From a virus (taxonomy: Duplodnaviria > Caudoviricetes): 64,000 bases of DNA. Made by a program: the position numbers and the translations under genes. The DNA is taken from the IMG/VR virus record IMGVR_UViG_3300043422_000045, positions 47,651 to 111,650 of that record. The stretch is one strand, 5' to 3'. Shown piece by piece: positions 40,229-49,092 of the stretch. The notes beneath the pieces are model-generated. The model was not told where the DNA came from. It searched no databases and saw only the letters and a list, made by a program, of their open reading frames with translations. The number at the start of each line of letters is the position of its first letter. The first letter of the stretch is position 1.

Positions 40229-40696
40229 ATGGCAAACATAGACAACGAATGCAAAGATTTAGAAGTTAATGACTTCTATGATGAATCTACGACCCATTTA
40301 GCAGATATAATGGAGCATCAAAAAGAGATGCAGGAAAAGACTTATGGAATTAAGTTTGAAGATATGACAATTAGAGAAGTCATGAATTTTTGGCATGTAA
40401 ATACGCATGCTGTGATTGATGAAATTCACGAGATGACAGACGCTTTAGGTGGTATTAAAGACGGTAGCGGTAACGCAGTTTGGAAATACTGGAAAAAAGA
40501 TTTCGCCAAGTATGACACTTTAAAAGTTGCAGATCTTTCTGAAGGTGATAAAAAAGAATTGTATATGGAATGGATCGATATTCTGCATTTCTTTATCAAT
40601 TACGCAGCTTCCATTGGCTTAGACGCGAAAACAGCATATAACTATTACTTCACAAAGGCAGCTGAAAATAAAGCACGCCAACAACGCGGATATTAA
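40229..40696 (+). CDS. gp56: Dimeric dUTP/dCTP pyrophosphatase (T4 gp56-like)
   Basis: DEIHE...LGG...AVWKYWK...EWIDILHF...K.AEN.ARQ.RGY closely parallels T4 gp56. Confidence 0.8.
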   Translation: MANIDNECKDLEVNDFYDESTTHLADIMEHQKEMQEKTYGIKFEDMTIREVMNFWHVNTHAVIDEIHEMTDALGGIKDGSGNAVWKYWKKDFAKYDTLKVADLSEGDKKELYMEWIDILHFFINYAASIGLDAKTAYNYYFTKAAENKARQQRGY

Positions 40697-40697
40697 C

Positions 40698-42116
40698 ATG
40701 CTATTAGACATTGAACAAAGAGAGAAGGAAATTATAGTTTCATATTTCAACAAAGAAGGCACAGTAGATTTTAAACGTTATCCAATAACACAATTTAAAA
40801 ATTGGTATGTTTGTGATCCTAAAGAAGCTGGTGCTAGTCGAGATTTTAAAAACTGGGATGGACGTTCAGTGAAACTTTCACAAGCTAGACAATTTAATAA
40901 ATTTTCATTAGTTTATTTTATGGACGGCTTACCAGAAAAAGACAAAGAAGTTATTTACGAATACAATTCACCTAGAACATATTTCGTCGATATTGAAACT
41001 GAAATTGTCGATGGCTTTCCAAAGGCCGAAGAAGCTAAATCAAGAATCTTAGCTTTTTCTATAGTTACACCAGACAAAAAGGTAATCGTATTAGGTTTAG
41101 AAGACTTAGAGTCTGATAAAATTAAAAAGATTGAAGATGACACTAATGAATACATGAAAAAATTTGGTGATGAGTGGACCTTTCAATATATTAAATTTAA
41201 AACAGAGTATGACATGGTTTATACTTTCGTTTATAAATTTATGCCTAAGTTTCCTATGATGACTGGCTGGAACTTCATTAACTATGACTGGCAGTATATT
41301 GTAAATCGATGTAAACATCTACAGATCGATATAGTTGGTTCGTCCAGGACAGGATCATTAGATCCAGAAGACAGTAGACCATTGCACATGGGAATTCTAG
41401 ATTACATGCAGTTATATGACAAATATGATAGATCTGTTAAAGTAAAAGAGTCAAACTCTTTGGATTACGTTTCTAGTCAAGTATTAGGTACTAATAAAAT
41501 TAAATTCACAGGATCATTACAGGATTTATACAGAGATAATTTTACCAAGTACATCTATTATAACGTAATTGACTCCATCTTAGTTTATTACATTGATAAA
41601 AAATTAAAATCAATGGATGTACTTATCACTCTTGCATCTATTACAAAAATGCCATTATATAAAGCAGCTTCTCCGGTGGCAGTAACTGAAGCTTTGATTG
41701 CAAGAAAAATTGCATCTGAAGGTAAACGTATTGGAACCGAAGCTAGAGAAGATAATAAAAAAGACGGTCAATTTGCTGGAGCATTTGTTAAAGAACCTAT
41801 TGTTGGTTTTTATGAAGGAGTAAGTGCATTTGACTACGCTTCACTATATCCATCTATTATGAGGCAGTTTAATGTTTCTCCAGATGCTTTTATCGAAAAG
41901 GTGCCATCTTCTAAAATAGAAGAAAGACGTAAAGATAAAAATGTTATTGTTTGTGAAAACGGAGTTGTTTATAAAAACGAAGATTCTATTCTTAAAAAAA
42001 TATTATCAGATCTTTATTCACAGCGAAAAGAGTATAAGGGAATGTCCTATGAATATTTTCACAAAGCAGAAGAAATAAAAAAGAAAATAAAAGCACTTGA
42101 AAAAGCAGGTCAATAA
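40698..42116 (+). CDS. gp43A: Family B DNA polymerase, N-terminal subunit (3'-5' exonuclease plus motif A)
   Basis: ExoI DIETE, ExoII GWNFINYD, ExoIII YNVID, motif A FDYASLYPS; ends after the first fingers helix (RKEYK). Confidence 0.9.
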   Translation: MLLDIEQREKEIIVSYFNKEGTVDFKRYPITQFKNWYVCDPKEAGASRDFKNWDGRSVKLSQARQFNKFSLVYFMDGLPEKDKEVIYEYNSPRTYFVDIETEIVDGFPKAEEAKSRILAFSIVTPDKKVIVLGLEDLESDKIKKIEDDTNEYMKKFGDEWTFQYIKFKTEYDMVYTFVYKFMPKFPMMTGWNFINYDWQYIVNRCKHLQIDIVGSSRTGSLDPEDSRPLHMGILDYMQLYDKYDRSVKVKESNSLDYVSSQVLGTNKIKFTGSLQDLYRDNFTKYIYYNVIDSILVYYIDKKLKSMDVLITLASITKMPLYKAASPVAVTEALIARKIASEGKRIGTEAREDNKKDGQFAGAFVKEPIVGFYEGVSAFDYASLYPSIMRQFNVSPDAFIEKVPSSKIEERRKDKNVIVCENGVVYKNEDSILKKILSDLYSQRKEYKGMSYEYFHKAEEIKKKIKALEKAGQ

Positions 42117-42181
42117 GCTCATACATATTTAACAATAATATATAACTAACACCAACAAAAAACAAAAATCTTTACACAAAC

Positions 42182-43159
42182 ATGAGCAATATTTTTCAAA
42201 AAAGAGTAAATATTTTACCATACGAATACCCTTCTTTATTAGCATATAAGGATGCAATCAGACACTCATATTGGATCCATACTGAATTTAATTTTACAAC
42301 AGACATTGATGATTTTAAAACTAAAATCACAGATCAAGAACGAGAAGTAATTAAAAGATCGATGTTGGCTATTGCACAAATAGAGGTAAATGTTAAAACA
42401 TTTTGGGCAGATCTTTATAAGAGAATGCCTATCACAGAAATCGGAGATGTTGGTATGACATTTGCAGAATCTGAAGTAAGACACAAAGACGCGTACGCTC
42501 AATTACTACGAGTTTTAGGTCTTGAAGAAGAATTCCAAAGCGTTGTAGAAATTCCAGCTATTAAAGATAGAATCGCATATCTATCAAAATATTTAGACGG
42601 CACAAGAAGCAAAGACAATAAAATGTACACAAAATCAGTGTTATTATTTTCTTTATTCATCGAACACGTGAGTCTATTTAGTCAATTTTTAATCATGATG
42701 AGCTTTAACAAAGAGAAAAACCTATTTAAAGGTATCTCGAATGTAGTTGAGGCTACTTCAAAAGAAGAAGAAATTCATGGTAATTTTGGTTCAGAACTTA
42801 TTAACATTATCAAAGAAGAAAATCCAGAATGGTTCGACGAAGAGTTTGAACAATTAATTGATTCCGCATGTAAGAAAGCTTATATTGCCGAATGTAAGAT
42901 TTTAGACTGGATCTTTGAGAAGGGTGAATTAAGCTTCTTGTCAAAAAACACGATTCAACAGTTTATTCAAAACAGATTTAACAATTCATTACAAAGAATT
43001 GGTATGAAACCTGTATTTGATGTAGATTTTCAAGAGATTGAAAAGACGTTATGGTTCGATGTAGAAATTCTTTCAACCAAAGAAGGCGATTTCTTTTACA
43101 AAAAACAAATCGATTATAACAAAAAAAGCAAGTCTATTACAGAAGACGATTTATTCTAA
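42182..43159 (+). CDS. nrdB: Ribonucleotide reductase beta subunit (class Id-like)
   Basis: IAQIEVNVKTFW, ESEVRHKDAY, EHVSLFSQF, EEEIHG and DFF...DY. Confidence 0.92.
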   Translation: MSNIFQKRVNILPYEYPSLLAYKDAIRHSYWIHTEFNFTTDIDDFKTKITDQEREVIKRSMLAIAQIEVNVKTFWADLYKRMPITEIGDVGMTFAESEVRHKDAYAQLLRVLGLEEEFQSVVEIPAIKDRIAYLSKYLDGTRSKDNKMYTKSVLLFSLFIEHVSLFSQFLIMMSFNKEKNLFKGISNVVEATSKEEEIHGNFGSELINIIKEENPEWFDEEFEQLIDSACKKAYIAECKILDWIFEKGELSFLSKNTIQQFIQNRFNNSLQRIGMKPVFDVDFQEIEKTLWFDVEILSTKEGDFFYKKQIDYNKKSKSITEDDLF

Positions 43160-43179
43160 AAAACAAAACATAAAATTAA

Positions 43180-44805
43180 ATGGATTATAAGAAATACTAC
43201 TGGCTAAATGAAGACAGTCGCACATTTTTATCAAGAGGCTACATCACTGAAACGCCTGAACAAAGAATCAAGGACATTGCTAACAAAGCAGAAAAGTATT
43301 TAAAAATTGAAGGTTTTGCTAACAAATTCGAAGACTACATGTCTAGAGGATTTTACAGTCTTTCAACACCAGTTTGGATTAACTTCGGAAAAGACAAAGG
43401 ACTTCCAATTAGCTGTTACGGATCAAACGTCGATGATACTTTAGATAGTATCTTAAATGGTTCTAGAGAAATTGGAATGATGAGTAAATATGGAGGTGGA
43501 ACTTCAATTTTCTTAGGAAACATTAGAGAAAGAGGAGCTAAAATTTCTACAGGTGGAACAGCAGACGGACCAGTCCACTATGCTAGAATGTATGACACTA
43601 CAGTTGATGTGTGTAAACAATCAGAAGCAAGAAGAGGTGCATGTGCAGCTTGGTTACCAGTAGAACACAATGATATTTTAGAATTCTTGGATATGGGAAC
43701 AGAAGGAAATCCTATTCAAAATTTACAATACGGAGTTACTGTAACTGACAAATGGCTTGAAGAAATGAAAGCTGGAGATGCAGAAAAACGTAAAATTTGG
43801 GCTAAAGTAATTCAAAGACGTAATGAGTTTGGTTTTCCTTACATTATGTTTAAAGATAATTCCAATAACAATTCACCATACAAAGCATTAGGTCTTGAAA
43901 TTACAGCTTCAAACTTATGTTCTGAAATTCAATTGCCAACAGACTCTTTTAATTCTTTTGTATGTTGTTTAGGTTCTATTAACCTATTACATTGGGATGA
44001 ATTAAAAGACACAGATGCCATTGAAATCTACACATTGTTCTTAAACGCAGTAATGGATGAGTTTGTTAAGAAATCTTACAACATGCCAGGTATGTCAAGA
44101 GCACATAGATTTGCATCTCAACATAGAGCTTTAGGAGTAGGCGTATTAGGTTACCATTCATTATTTCAATCTAAATTGATTGAATTTGAATCTTTAGAGG
44201 CAAAACAATTAAATTATCAGATCTTTAAAACACTTAAAGAAAAAACTGAATCAGCTTCTAAATTTTTGCATGACGAAAGAGGTTACACTTCTTTAAGAGA
44301 AGGATTTGCAAATACAACTTTAGTTGCAATTGCTCCAACAAAATCAAGTTCATTTATCCATGGTCAAGTTTCAATGGGAATTGAGCCAATTAAATCTAAT
44401 TATTTTGTAAAAGATTTAGCTAAATCTAAAACAATCTATAAGAATCCTTTCTTAATTCAAGAATTAGAAAAGTATGGCTTAAATACAACAGACGTTTGGG
44501 AAGGAATCTTAAAGAAAGATGGTTCAGTTCAACACTTAGATTTTCCAACTAAAGCAGTTTTTAAATCATTTATTGAAATTACACCAAGAGAGTTGATTAC
44601 ACAAGCTGCTCAAAGACAACAGTTCATTGATCAGTCACAATCTTTAAATTTAATGATTCATCCAAGTGTACCAGCTAAAGATATTAATCAATTGTATTTA
44701 GCAGCACACGAAGAAGGTGTTAAAACTTTATATTATCAATTTAGTCAAAGTTCAGCACAATCATTCGCAAGAGACATTCTTGAATGCAGCAGCTGTGAGG
44801 CATAG
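43180..44805 (+). CDS. nrdA: Ribonucleotide reductase alpha subunit (short, no ATP cone)
   Basis: ISCY, GGGT, SNLCSEI, APTKSSS, KTLYY and C-terminal CSSC. Confidence 0.93.
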   Translation: MDYKKYYWLNEDSRTFLSRGYITETPEQRIKDIANKAEKYLKIEGFANKFEDYMSRGFYSLSTPVWINFGKDKGLPISCYGSNVDDTLDSILNGSREIGMMSKYGGGTSIFLGNIRERGAKISTGGTADGPVHYARMYDTTVDVCKQSEARRGACAAWLPVEHNDILEFLDMGTEGNPIQNLQYGVTVTDKWLEEMKAGDAEKRKIWAKVIQRRNEFGFPYIMFKDNSNNNSPYKALGLEITASNLCSEIQLPTDSFNSFVCCLGSINLLHWDELKDTDAIEIYTLFLNAVMDEFVKKSYNMPGMSRAHRFASQHRALGVGVLGYHSLFQSKLIEFESLEAKQLNYQIFKTLKEKTESASKFLHDERGYTSLREGFANTTLVAIAPTKSSSFIHGQVSMGIEPIKSNYFVKDLAKSKTIYKNPFLIQELEKYGLNTTDVWEGILKKDGSVQHLDFPTKAVFKSFIEITPRELITQAAQRQQFIDQSQSLNLMIHPSVPAKDINQLYLAAHEEGVKTLYYQFSQSSAQSFARDILECSSCEA

Positions 44806-44861
44806 AAGATCCGGTGGCTTGAAACACAGTCACGTTTTAGGACCGTTTTAGTTAACGGGTT

Positions 44862-44899
44862 GGGCAGGAAACAAGTTCGCTACTATTCCTGCCCTTTTT
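44862..44899 (+). terminator. Rho-independent terminator after nrdA
   Basis: gggcaggaa...ttcctgccc followed by ttttt. Confidence 0.7.
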
Positions 44900-44911
44900 A
44901 TGTTTTAAGGA

Positions 44912-44971
44912 GATATATAATAAAATAATCTTAAATATATTTTTTTATTTCATATAAATTAATTATATTTG
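44912..44971 (+). promoter_or_regulatory. Late motif GATATATAA (44912) and host-type TATATTTG (44964) upstream of the same gene
   Basis: Both motifs are read directly upstream of the ATG at 44993. Confidence 0.5.
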
Positions 44972-44992
44972 TATATCAAAAAAAACAAAATT

Positions 44993-45406
44993 ATGAAACA
45001 CATTAAATTATTCGAACAGTTCGTAAACGAATCTGACGACATGAGTTTTGCGTCGGCAGCAGGAAATGGAAGATCTATTGGAAGATATAGTGGAAGCACC
45101 GGTGCTTCTGCCGAATGGGATAACCAAACTGTTATTTCAAATGCATCAGAGTATTCTACTGAAATTCTAACAAATGCTGCATCTGCATTAAGAGATCTTG
45201 GTATTCAAGTAAAAGAAAAACCAATACAAGATGGTATATTAACAACTAAATTCGGAGGCACAACATGGACGTATCAATTTAAAGGTGGCAAATGGATCGC
45301 TACAGTCGGTGACGCAGAAGCTCCAAAAGACATCTATGAATTTATCAGATTCATGGTAGCTCGAAAATATATAAAATTCAAAGATAAACTAGTAGGAAGT
45401 AAATAA
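44993..45406 (+). CDS. Hypothetical protein with capsid-targeting-like N-terminus
   Basis: MKHIKLFEQFVNES is nearly identical to the N-terminus of 30801..31319. Confidence 0.6.
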   Translation: MKHIKLFEQFVNESDDMSFASAAGNGRSIGRYSGSTGASAEWDNQTVISNASEYSTEILTNAASALRDLGIQVKEKPIQDGILTTKFGGTTWTYQFKGGKWIATVGDAEAPKDIYEFIRFMVARKYIKFKDKLVGSK

Positions 45407-45453
45407 GAACCCCTCCTCAGGATAGAATCGGAGGACCGACTCATAAGAGTTTC

Positions 45454-45480
45454 AACCTGTCAGTAATGACAGGTTTTTTT
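45454..45480 (+). terminator. Rho-independent terminator
   Basis: aacctgtca-gtaa-tgacaggtt followed by a T run. Confidence 0.8.
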
Positions 45481-45482
45481 AT

Positions 45483-45510
45483 GAAACAAAATGACTAATT
45501 CAATTATAAT
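45483..45510 (+). promoter_or_regulatory. Bipartite promoter GAAAC-N17-TATAAT
   Basis: GAAAC aaaatgactaattcaat TATAAT. Confidence 0.7.
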
Positions 45511-45541
45511 GCTTAAATAATTTAATTTAAACACAAAAAAC

Positions 45542-46291
45542 ATGAAAGTAGTTATTAACAAAGTAGATCAGAACAACTTTGTAGCATTCATTAATCGTTT
45601 AAGAGTTATTGATTCTTTTGTCTATTTCAAAATTAAAGACGAACAAATCATCTCTTCAGCTTATTTGCCACAACGTGACGCTGTAAAACACCACACACTT
45701 CCAATTTCAGAAGTATTTCAAATTGATGCTAGTCAATTAACAACAGACAAAGACCTTAAAGTGGCTTTCTTTGATGCTGGTAAAATTATCGAAGCATTCA
45801 AACAATTTGAATACGATTCTATTCAAGCAGAAATTGAATTCGTAGAAAACGATGAAGACTGTGTAGCTTCTACATTTAAAATCTTTAATGACGAGTTAGA
45901 AATCGTTTTAGCTTGTTCAGAACCATCTTTAGGTTACAAAGACTTAACCGAGTCTCAATTACAAAATATCTTCATGACTGAAGGTGCTGAAGTTAACTTT
46001 GATTTATCATTCACTGATACATCTAAGATTAAATCTCTTTTCAACTTAGATAAAGACGAGACTTTTGCAATTTCAACTTCTAAAGAAGGTGTTCGTATTA
46101 AAGGTAAATCTTACAACAAATTAATCAATTCAACTAGCGTTTCTAAGGCTAATGTGACTGTTTACAAAAAGTATTTGAACTTGTTTGACAAAGAAGATTA
46201 TTCTACTTATGTCTTTAACAATAGAGTAGTTTTACGCTCTAAAGACTCAAACACTCTTTTAACAATCGCAACTTGCCAAAGCACTGATTAA
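45542..46291 (+). CDS. Putative DNA polymerase sliding clamp (gp45-like)
   Basis: 249 aa, acidic, with a two-domain alpha/beta pattern; translationally coupled to the polymerase C-terminal subunit. No diagnostic motif. Confidence 0.5.
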   Translation: MKVVINKVDQNNFVAFINRLRVIDSFVYFKIKDEQIISSAYLPQRDAVKHHTLPISEVFQIDASQLTTDKDLKVAFFDAGKIIEAFKQFEYDSIQAEIEFVENDEDCVASTFKIFNDELEIVLACSEPSLGYKDLTESQLQNIFMTEGAEVNFDLSFTDTSKIKSLFNLDKDETFAISTSKEGVRIKGKSYNKLINSTSVSKANVTVYKKYLNLFDKEDYSTYVFNNRVVLRSKDSNTLLTIATCQSTD

Positions 46292-47487
46292 TGACTATTG
46301 AACAACTACTTAATAAACCAGAAGACCAACTAACTTTGGTTGAGCTTAAATCCTTAGCAGACTTTTATTCAAACGAGTCTGCTAAGTTTACAGCTTATGA
46401 ACAAGCAGTTAAGTTAACACTTAACTCGATCTACGGAGCCTTTGGTAATAAGTGGTTTCACTTCTTTAATATTGACATTGCTGAATCTATTACTTTACAA
46501 GGTCAAAATGCAATCTTATATTCCGAAAAGATACTTAATAAGTACTTTCAAGAATTCTTTGTCAAAGATACTAAAATTCATGAAGAATTAAATATCAAAG
46601 TTAAAAGAGCTTGCGTTAAACCGGCTGTAATTTATATCGATACGGATTCCAATTACGTCCAATTTCAAGAGATGTATGAATCTATCGAGTGGTTAGGTGA
46701 AAAGCTAGACATCGTAACGTTTATCCTTAAACTTTACAATTTACGTATCAAAGATTATATCGTTAAGTCGCTAGACAAATACGCTGAAAATAGAAACACT
46801 GATTCATTTTTAGAATTTGAATTAGAATCTATTGCATACTCAGGTATTTGGATGGCTAAAAAGAAATACTTGCAAAATTTAGCGTGGGACGATAAACTTG
46901 GCGTAAACGAAAGACATGCAATGTTAAAGAAGATCAAAACCATCGGTTATGATACTATTCAATCTTCAACACCAATGTTTGCTCGTAAGAAACTATCAGA
47001 AGCTTTACAGATTCTTTTTGAAAAGAAGCCAACCCCAGAAACTTTAACAACTATTGTTTCGTTTCTTAAAAAGGCAAAGAAAGAATTTAAGTTAGCGCCG
47101 ATAGATGAAATCTCTTTTAACAAGAGAACAAACAATTTAGAGAAGTATATCGTAGATGATCACGTTGAGTTTCAATATGGACTAAAATGTCCACCTAACG
47201 TTAAAGCTGCTGGATTTTATAATTACTTAATGAATAACAATCCTAAGTATAAAAACAAATACAGAATGATTGGTAATGGTGAGAAGCTAAGATTATTCCA
47301 TTGTGAACACAAGACATGTGAGATCTTTGCATATTTGCCAGGTGATCATCCTTATGAATTTGCACCAGCCGTAGATTATGAAACTCAATTTGAAAAATCA
47401 GTAATTGATCCATTGAATAGAGTTTTAGGCTGTATTGGTCTTCAGACATTAAACAGAAACTTAATTTATTCAACTTCATTATTTTAA
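46291..47487 (+). CDS. gp43B: Family B DNA polymerase, C-terminal subunit (motifs B and C, thumb)
   Basis: QAVKLTLNSIYGAFG, ITLQGQ, YIDTDS, KKKY; C-terminal ...TSLF is a clamp-binding-like end. Confidence 0.9.
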   Translation: MTIEQLLNKPEDQLTLVELKSLADFYSNESAKFTAYEQAVKLTLNSIYGAFGNKWFHFFNIDIAESITLQGQNAILYSEKILNKYFQEFFVKDTKIHEELNIKVKRACVKPAVIYIDTDSNYVQFQEMYESIEWLGEKLDIVTFILKLYNLRIKDYIVKSLDKYAENRNTDSFLEFELESIAYSGIWMAKKKYLQNLAWDDKLGVNERHAMLKKIKTIGYDTIQSSTPMFARKKLSEALQILFEKKPTPETLTTIVSFLKKAKKEFKLAPIDEISFNKRTNNLEKYIVDDHVEFQYGLKCPPNVKAAGFYNYLMNNNPKYKNKYRMIGNGEKLRLFHCEHKTCEIFAYLPGDHPYEFAPAVDYETQFEKSVIDPLNRVLGCIGLQTLNRNLIYSTSLF

Positions 47488-47488
47488 T

Positions 47489-47671
47489 ATGGATCTTTTA
47501 AAAAACTACTCTGAAGAGCAGATCAATTTTGTTGAAAAATACACAGAATTGTATCATAGAATTGAAACCCTACAAACTAGAATGTCATTAGTTGAAACAG
47601 ATTTGAATAATGCACTAGAAGAACTAGAACAATTACGAGAATTAGAAAAAAAACAAATACAAAATGGCTAA
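47489..47671 (+). CDS. Small coiled-coil hypothetical protein
   Basis: 60-aa ORF in the operon. Confidence 0.55.
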   Translation: MDLLKNYSEEQINFVEKYTELYHRIETLQTRMSLVETDLNNALEELEQLRELEKKQIQNG

Positions 47672-48776
47672 AAGCAACAAAACGTTCACGTTCGATGATT
47701 TGAACAATGAATTAGCAAATTTAAACCCAATGGGTTCTGTAATGGAAATGTCAGATTTCAGTGAGATTACAGAATACTTAGACACTGGAAACTATCATTT
47801 AAACGCATGTGTTTCTGGATCTCTTTTTAAAGGATGGCCAAACAACAGAGCGTGTTCAGTAGCTGGACCATCAGGAACAGGTAAAACTTTCTTAATGTTA
47901 AATACAGTAAGAGAAGCTATCGAAAAGGGTTACAGTGTCATTTATTATGACTCAGAAGCAGCTATCGATAAAGAACTTATGAAAAAGTTTGGCATTGATA
48001 TTTCCAAAGTAAACTATCAACCAGTTAATACCGTGCAAGAGTTTAGAACTTCTGTAACTACAATTACTAAGAAGATGCAAGAAGCTAAAAGAAACGGCGC
48101 AGAATTACCTAAGGTGATGATATTGCTGGATTCTGCAGGTAACTTAGCTACACAAAAAGAGATCGATGATGCAGCCTCAGGCTCTGATAAAGCAGATATG
48201 ACTCGTTCTAAAGTTTTAAAATCAATCTTTAGAATTATCATGACTCCTTTAGCTGATTTAAAGATTCCTTTCTTATTTACAAACCACACTTACTTGTCAC
48301 AAGACTTTATGCCAACACATACAGTTGGCGGTGGAACTGGACCAGAATACGCAGCTTCTATTGTTTTAATTTTAACAAAAGCTCAATTAAAAGATGGAGC
48401 AGAAAGAGTTGGTATTATTGTAACTGCAAAACCAGCTAAAAATAGATTTGCAAAACCACATCCTGTTAAATTCCATTTGGATTTCAGTAAAGGTATGAAC
48501 AGATTCGTTGGTCTAGAACAATACGCAACTTGGGATATTTGTGGAATTACAAGAGGAACAATTGATCCTAAAACCAAAGAAAAGATTGCCAAAGATAGCG
48601 CTAGAACATGGATTGCAAAACACTTAGACACTACAGTTTCAAACGCAGAATTCTTTACTGAAAAGATGTTTACTGAAGATGTTTTAAAGCAAATCGATGC
48701 ACACATCCAACCTATTTTTAATTACAATTCAGATACTACTGGATTTACAATTGACGATATTATAGACGAAGATTAA
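47664..48776 (+). CDS. uvsX: RecA-like recombinase UvsX
   Basis: GPSGTGKT, YYDSE, LDSAGNL, NHTY, GGG.GPEY and KNRF. Confidence 0.92.
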   Translation: MAKSNKTFTFDDLNNELANLNPMGSVMEMSDFSEITEYLDTGNYHLNACVSGSLFKGWPNNRACSVAGPSGTGKTFLMLNTVREAIEKGYSVIYYDSEAAIDKELMKKFGIDISKVNYQPVNTVQEFRTSVTTITKKMQEAKRNGAELPKVMILLDSAGNLATQKEIDDAASGSDKADMTRSKVLKSIFRIIMTPLADLKIPFLFTNHTYLSQDFMPTHTVGGGTGPEYAASIVLILTKAQLKDGAERVGIIVTAKPAKNRFAKPHPVKFHLDFSKGMNRFVGLEQYATWDICGITRGTIDPKTKEKIAKDSARTWIAKHLDTTVSNAEFFTEKMFTEDVLKQIDAHIQPIFNYNSDTTGFTIDDIIDED

Positions 48777-48777
48777 T

Positions 48778-49092
48778 ATGAGTACAGAATTACAAGAACT
48801 AGTTGAAGATAAATTACCAATCAAATACATCTTGTGTATTGAGAGTGAATTCGAAACATACCCAGATGCATTTGATATAGTTTATCAATATCTTTTAAAG
48901 GTTAAAAAGAATCCTGAAAGATACAAAGGTACATTTACCAAATATGCTCTTGTGACTTATGAATTCCCAACTGCGCCTGTAGAAAATATAGACAATGCTT
49001 TGAAAAGAGGATTAGAACTTGGTCTATTAGAATGCACCAATGAAACAGAAGACAAAGAAGCTTATAGAATAATTTTAAACCCATTTTCATAA
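48778..49092 (+). CDS. Hypothetical protein (possible winged helix)
   Basis: 104-aa ORF between uvsX and the helicase. Confidence 0.55.
   Translation: MSTELQELVEDKLPIKYILCIESEFETYPDAFDIVYQYLLKVKKNPERYKGTFTKYALVTYEFPTAPVENIDNALKRGLELGLLECTNETEDKEAYRIILNPFS

Noticed and set aside
44806-44899. tRNA gene (gttcg T-loop-like sequence)
   Set aside because: No cloverleaf, acceptor stem or anticodon arm can be built; the gttcg lies in a terminator loop.
42117-46290. Intein or group I intron explaining the split polymerase
   Set aside because: No intein terminal residues, homing endonuclease or intron core is seen; the interval holds ordinary genes with their own promoters and terminators.
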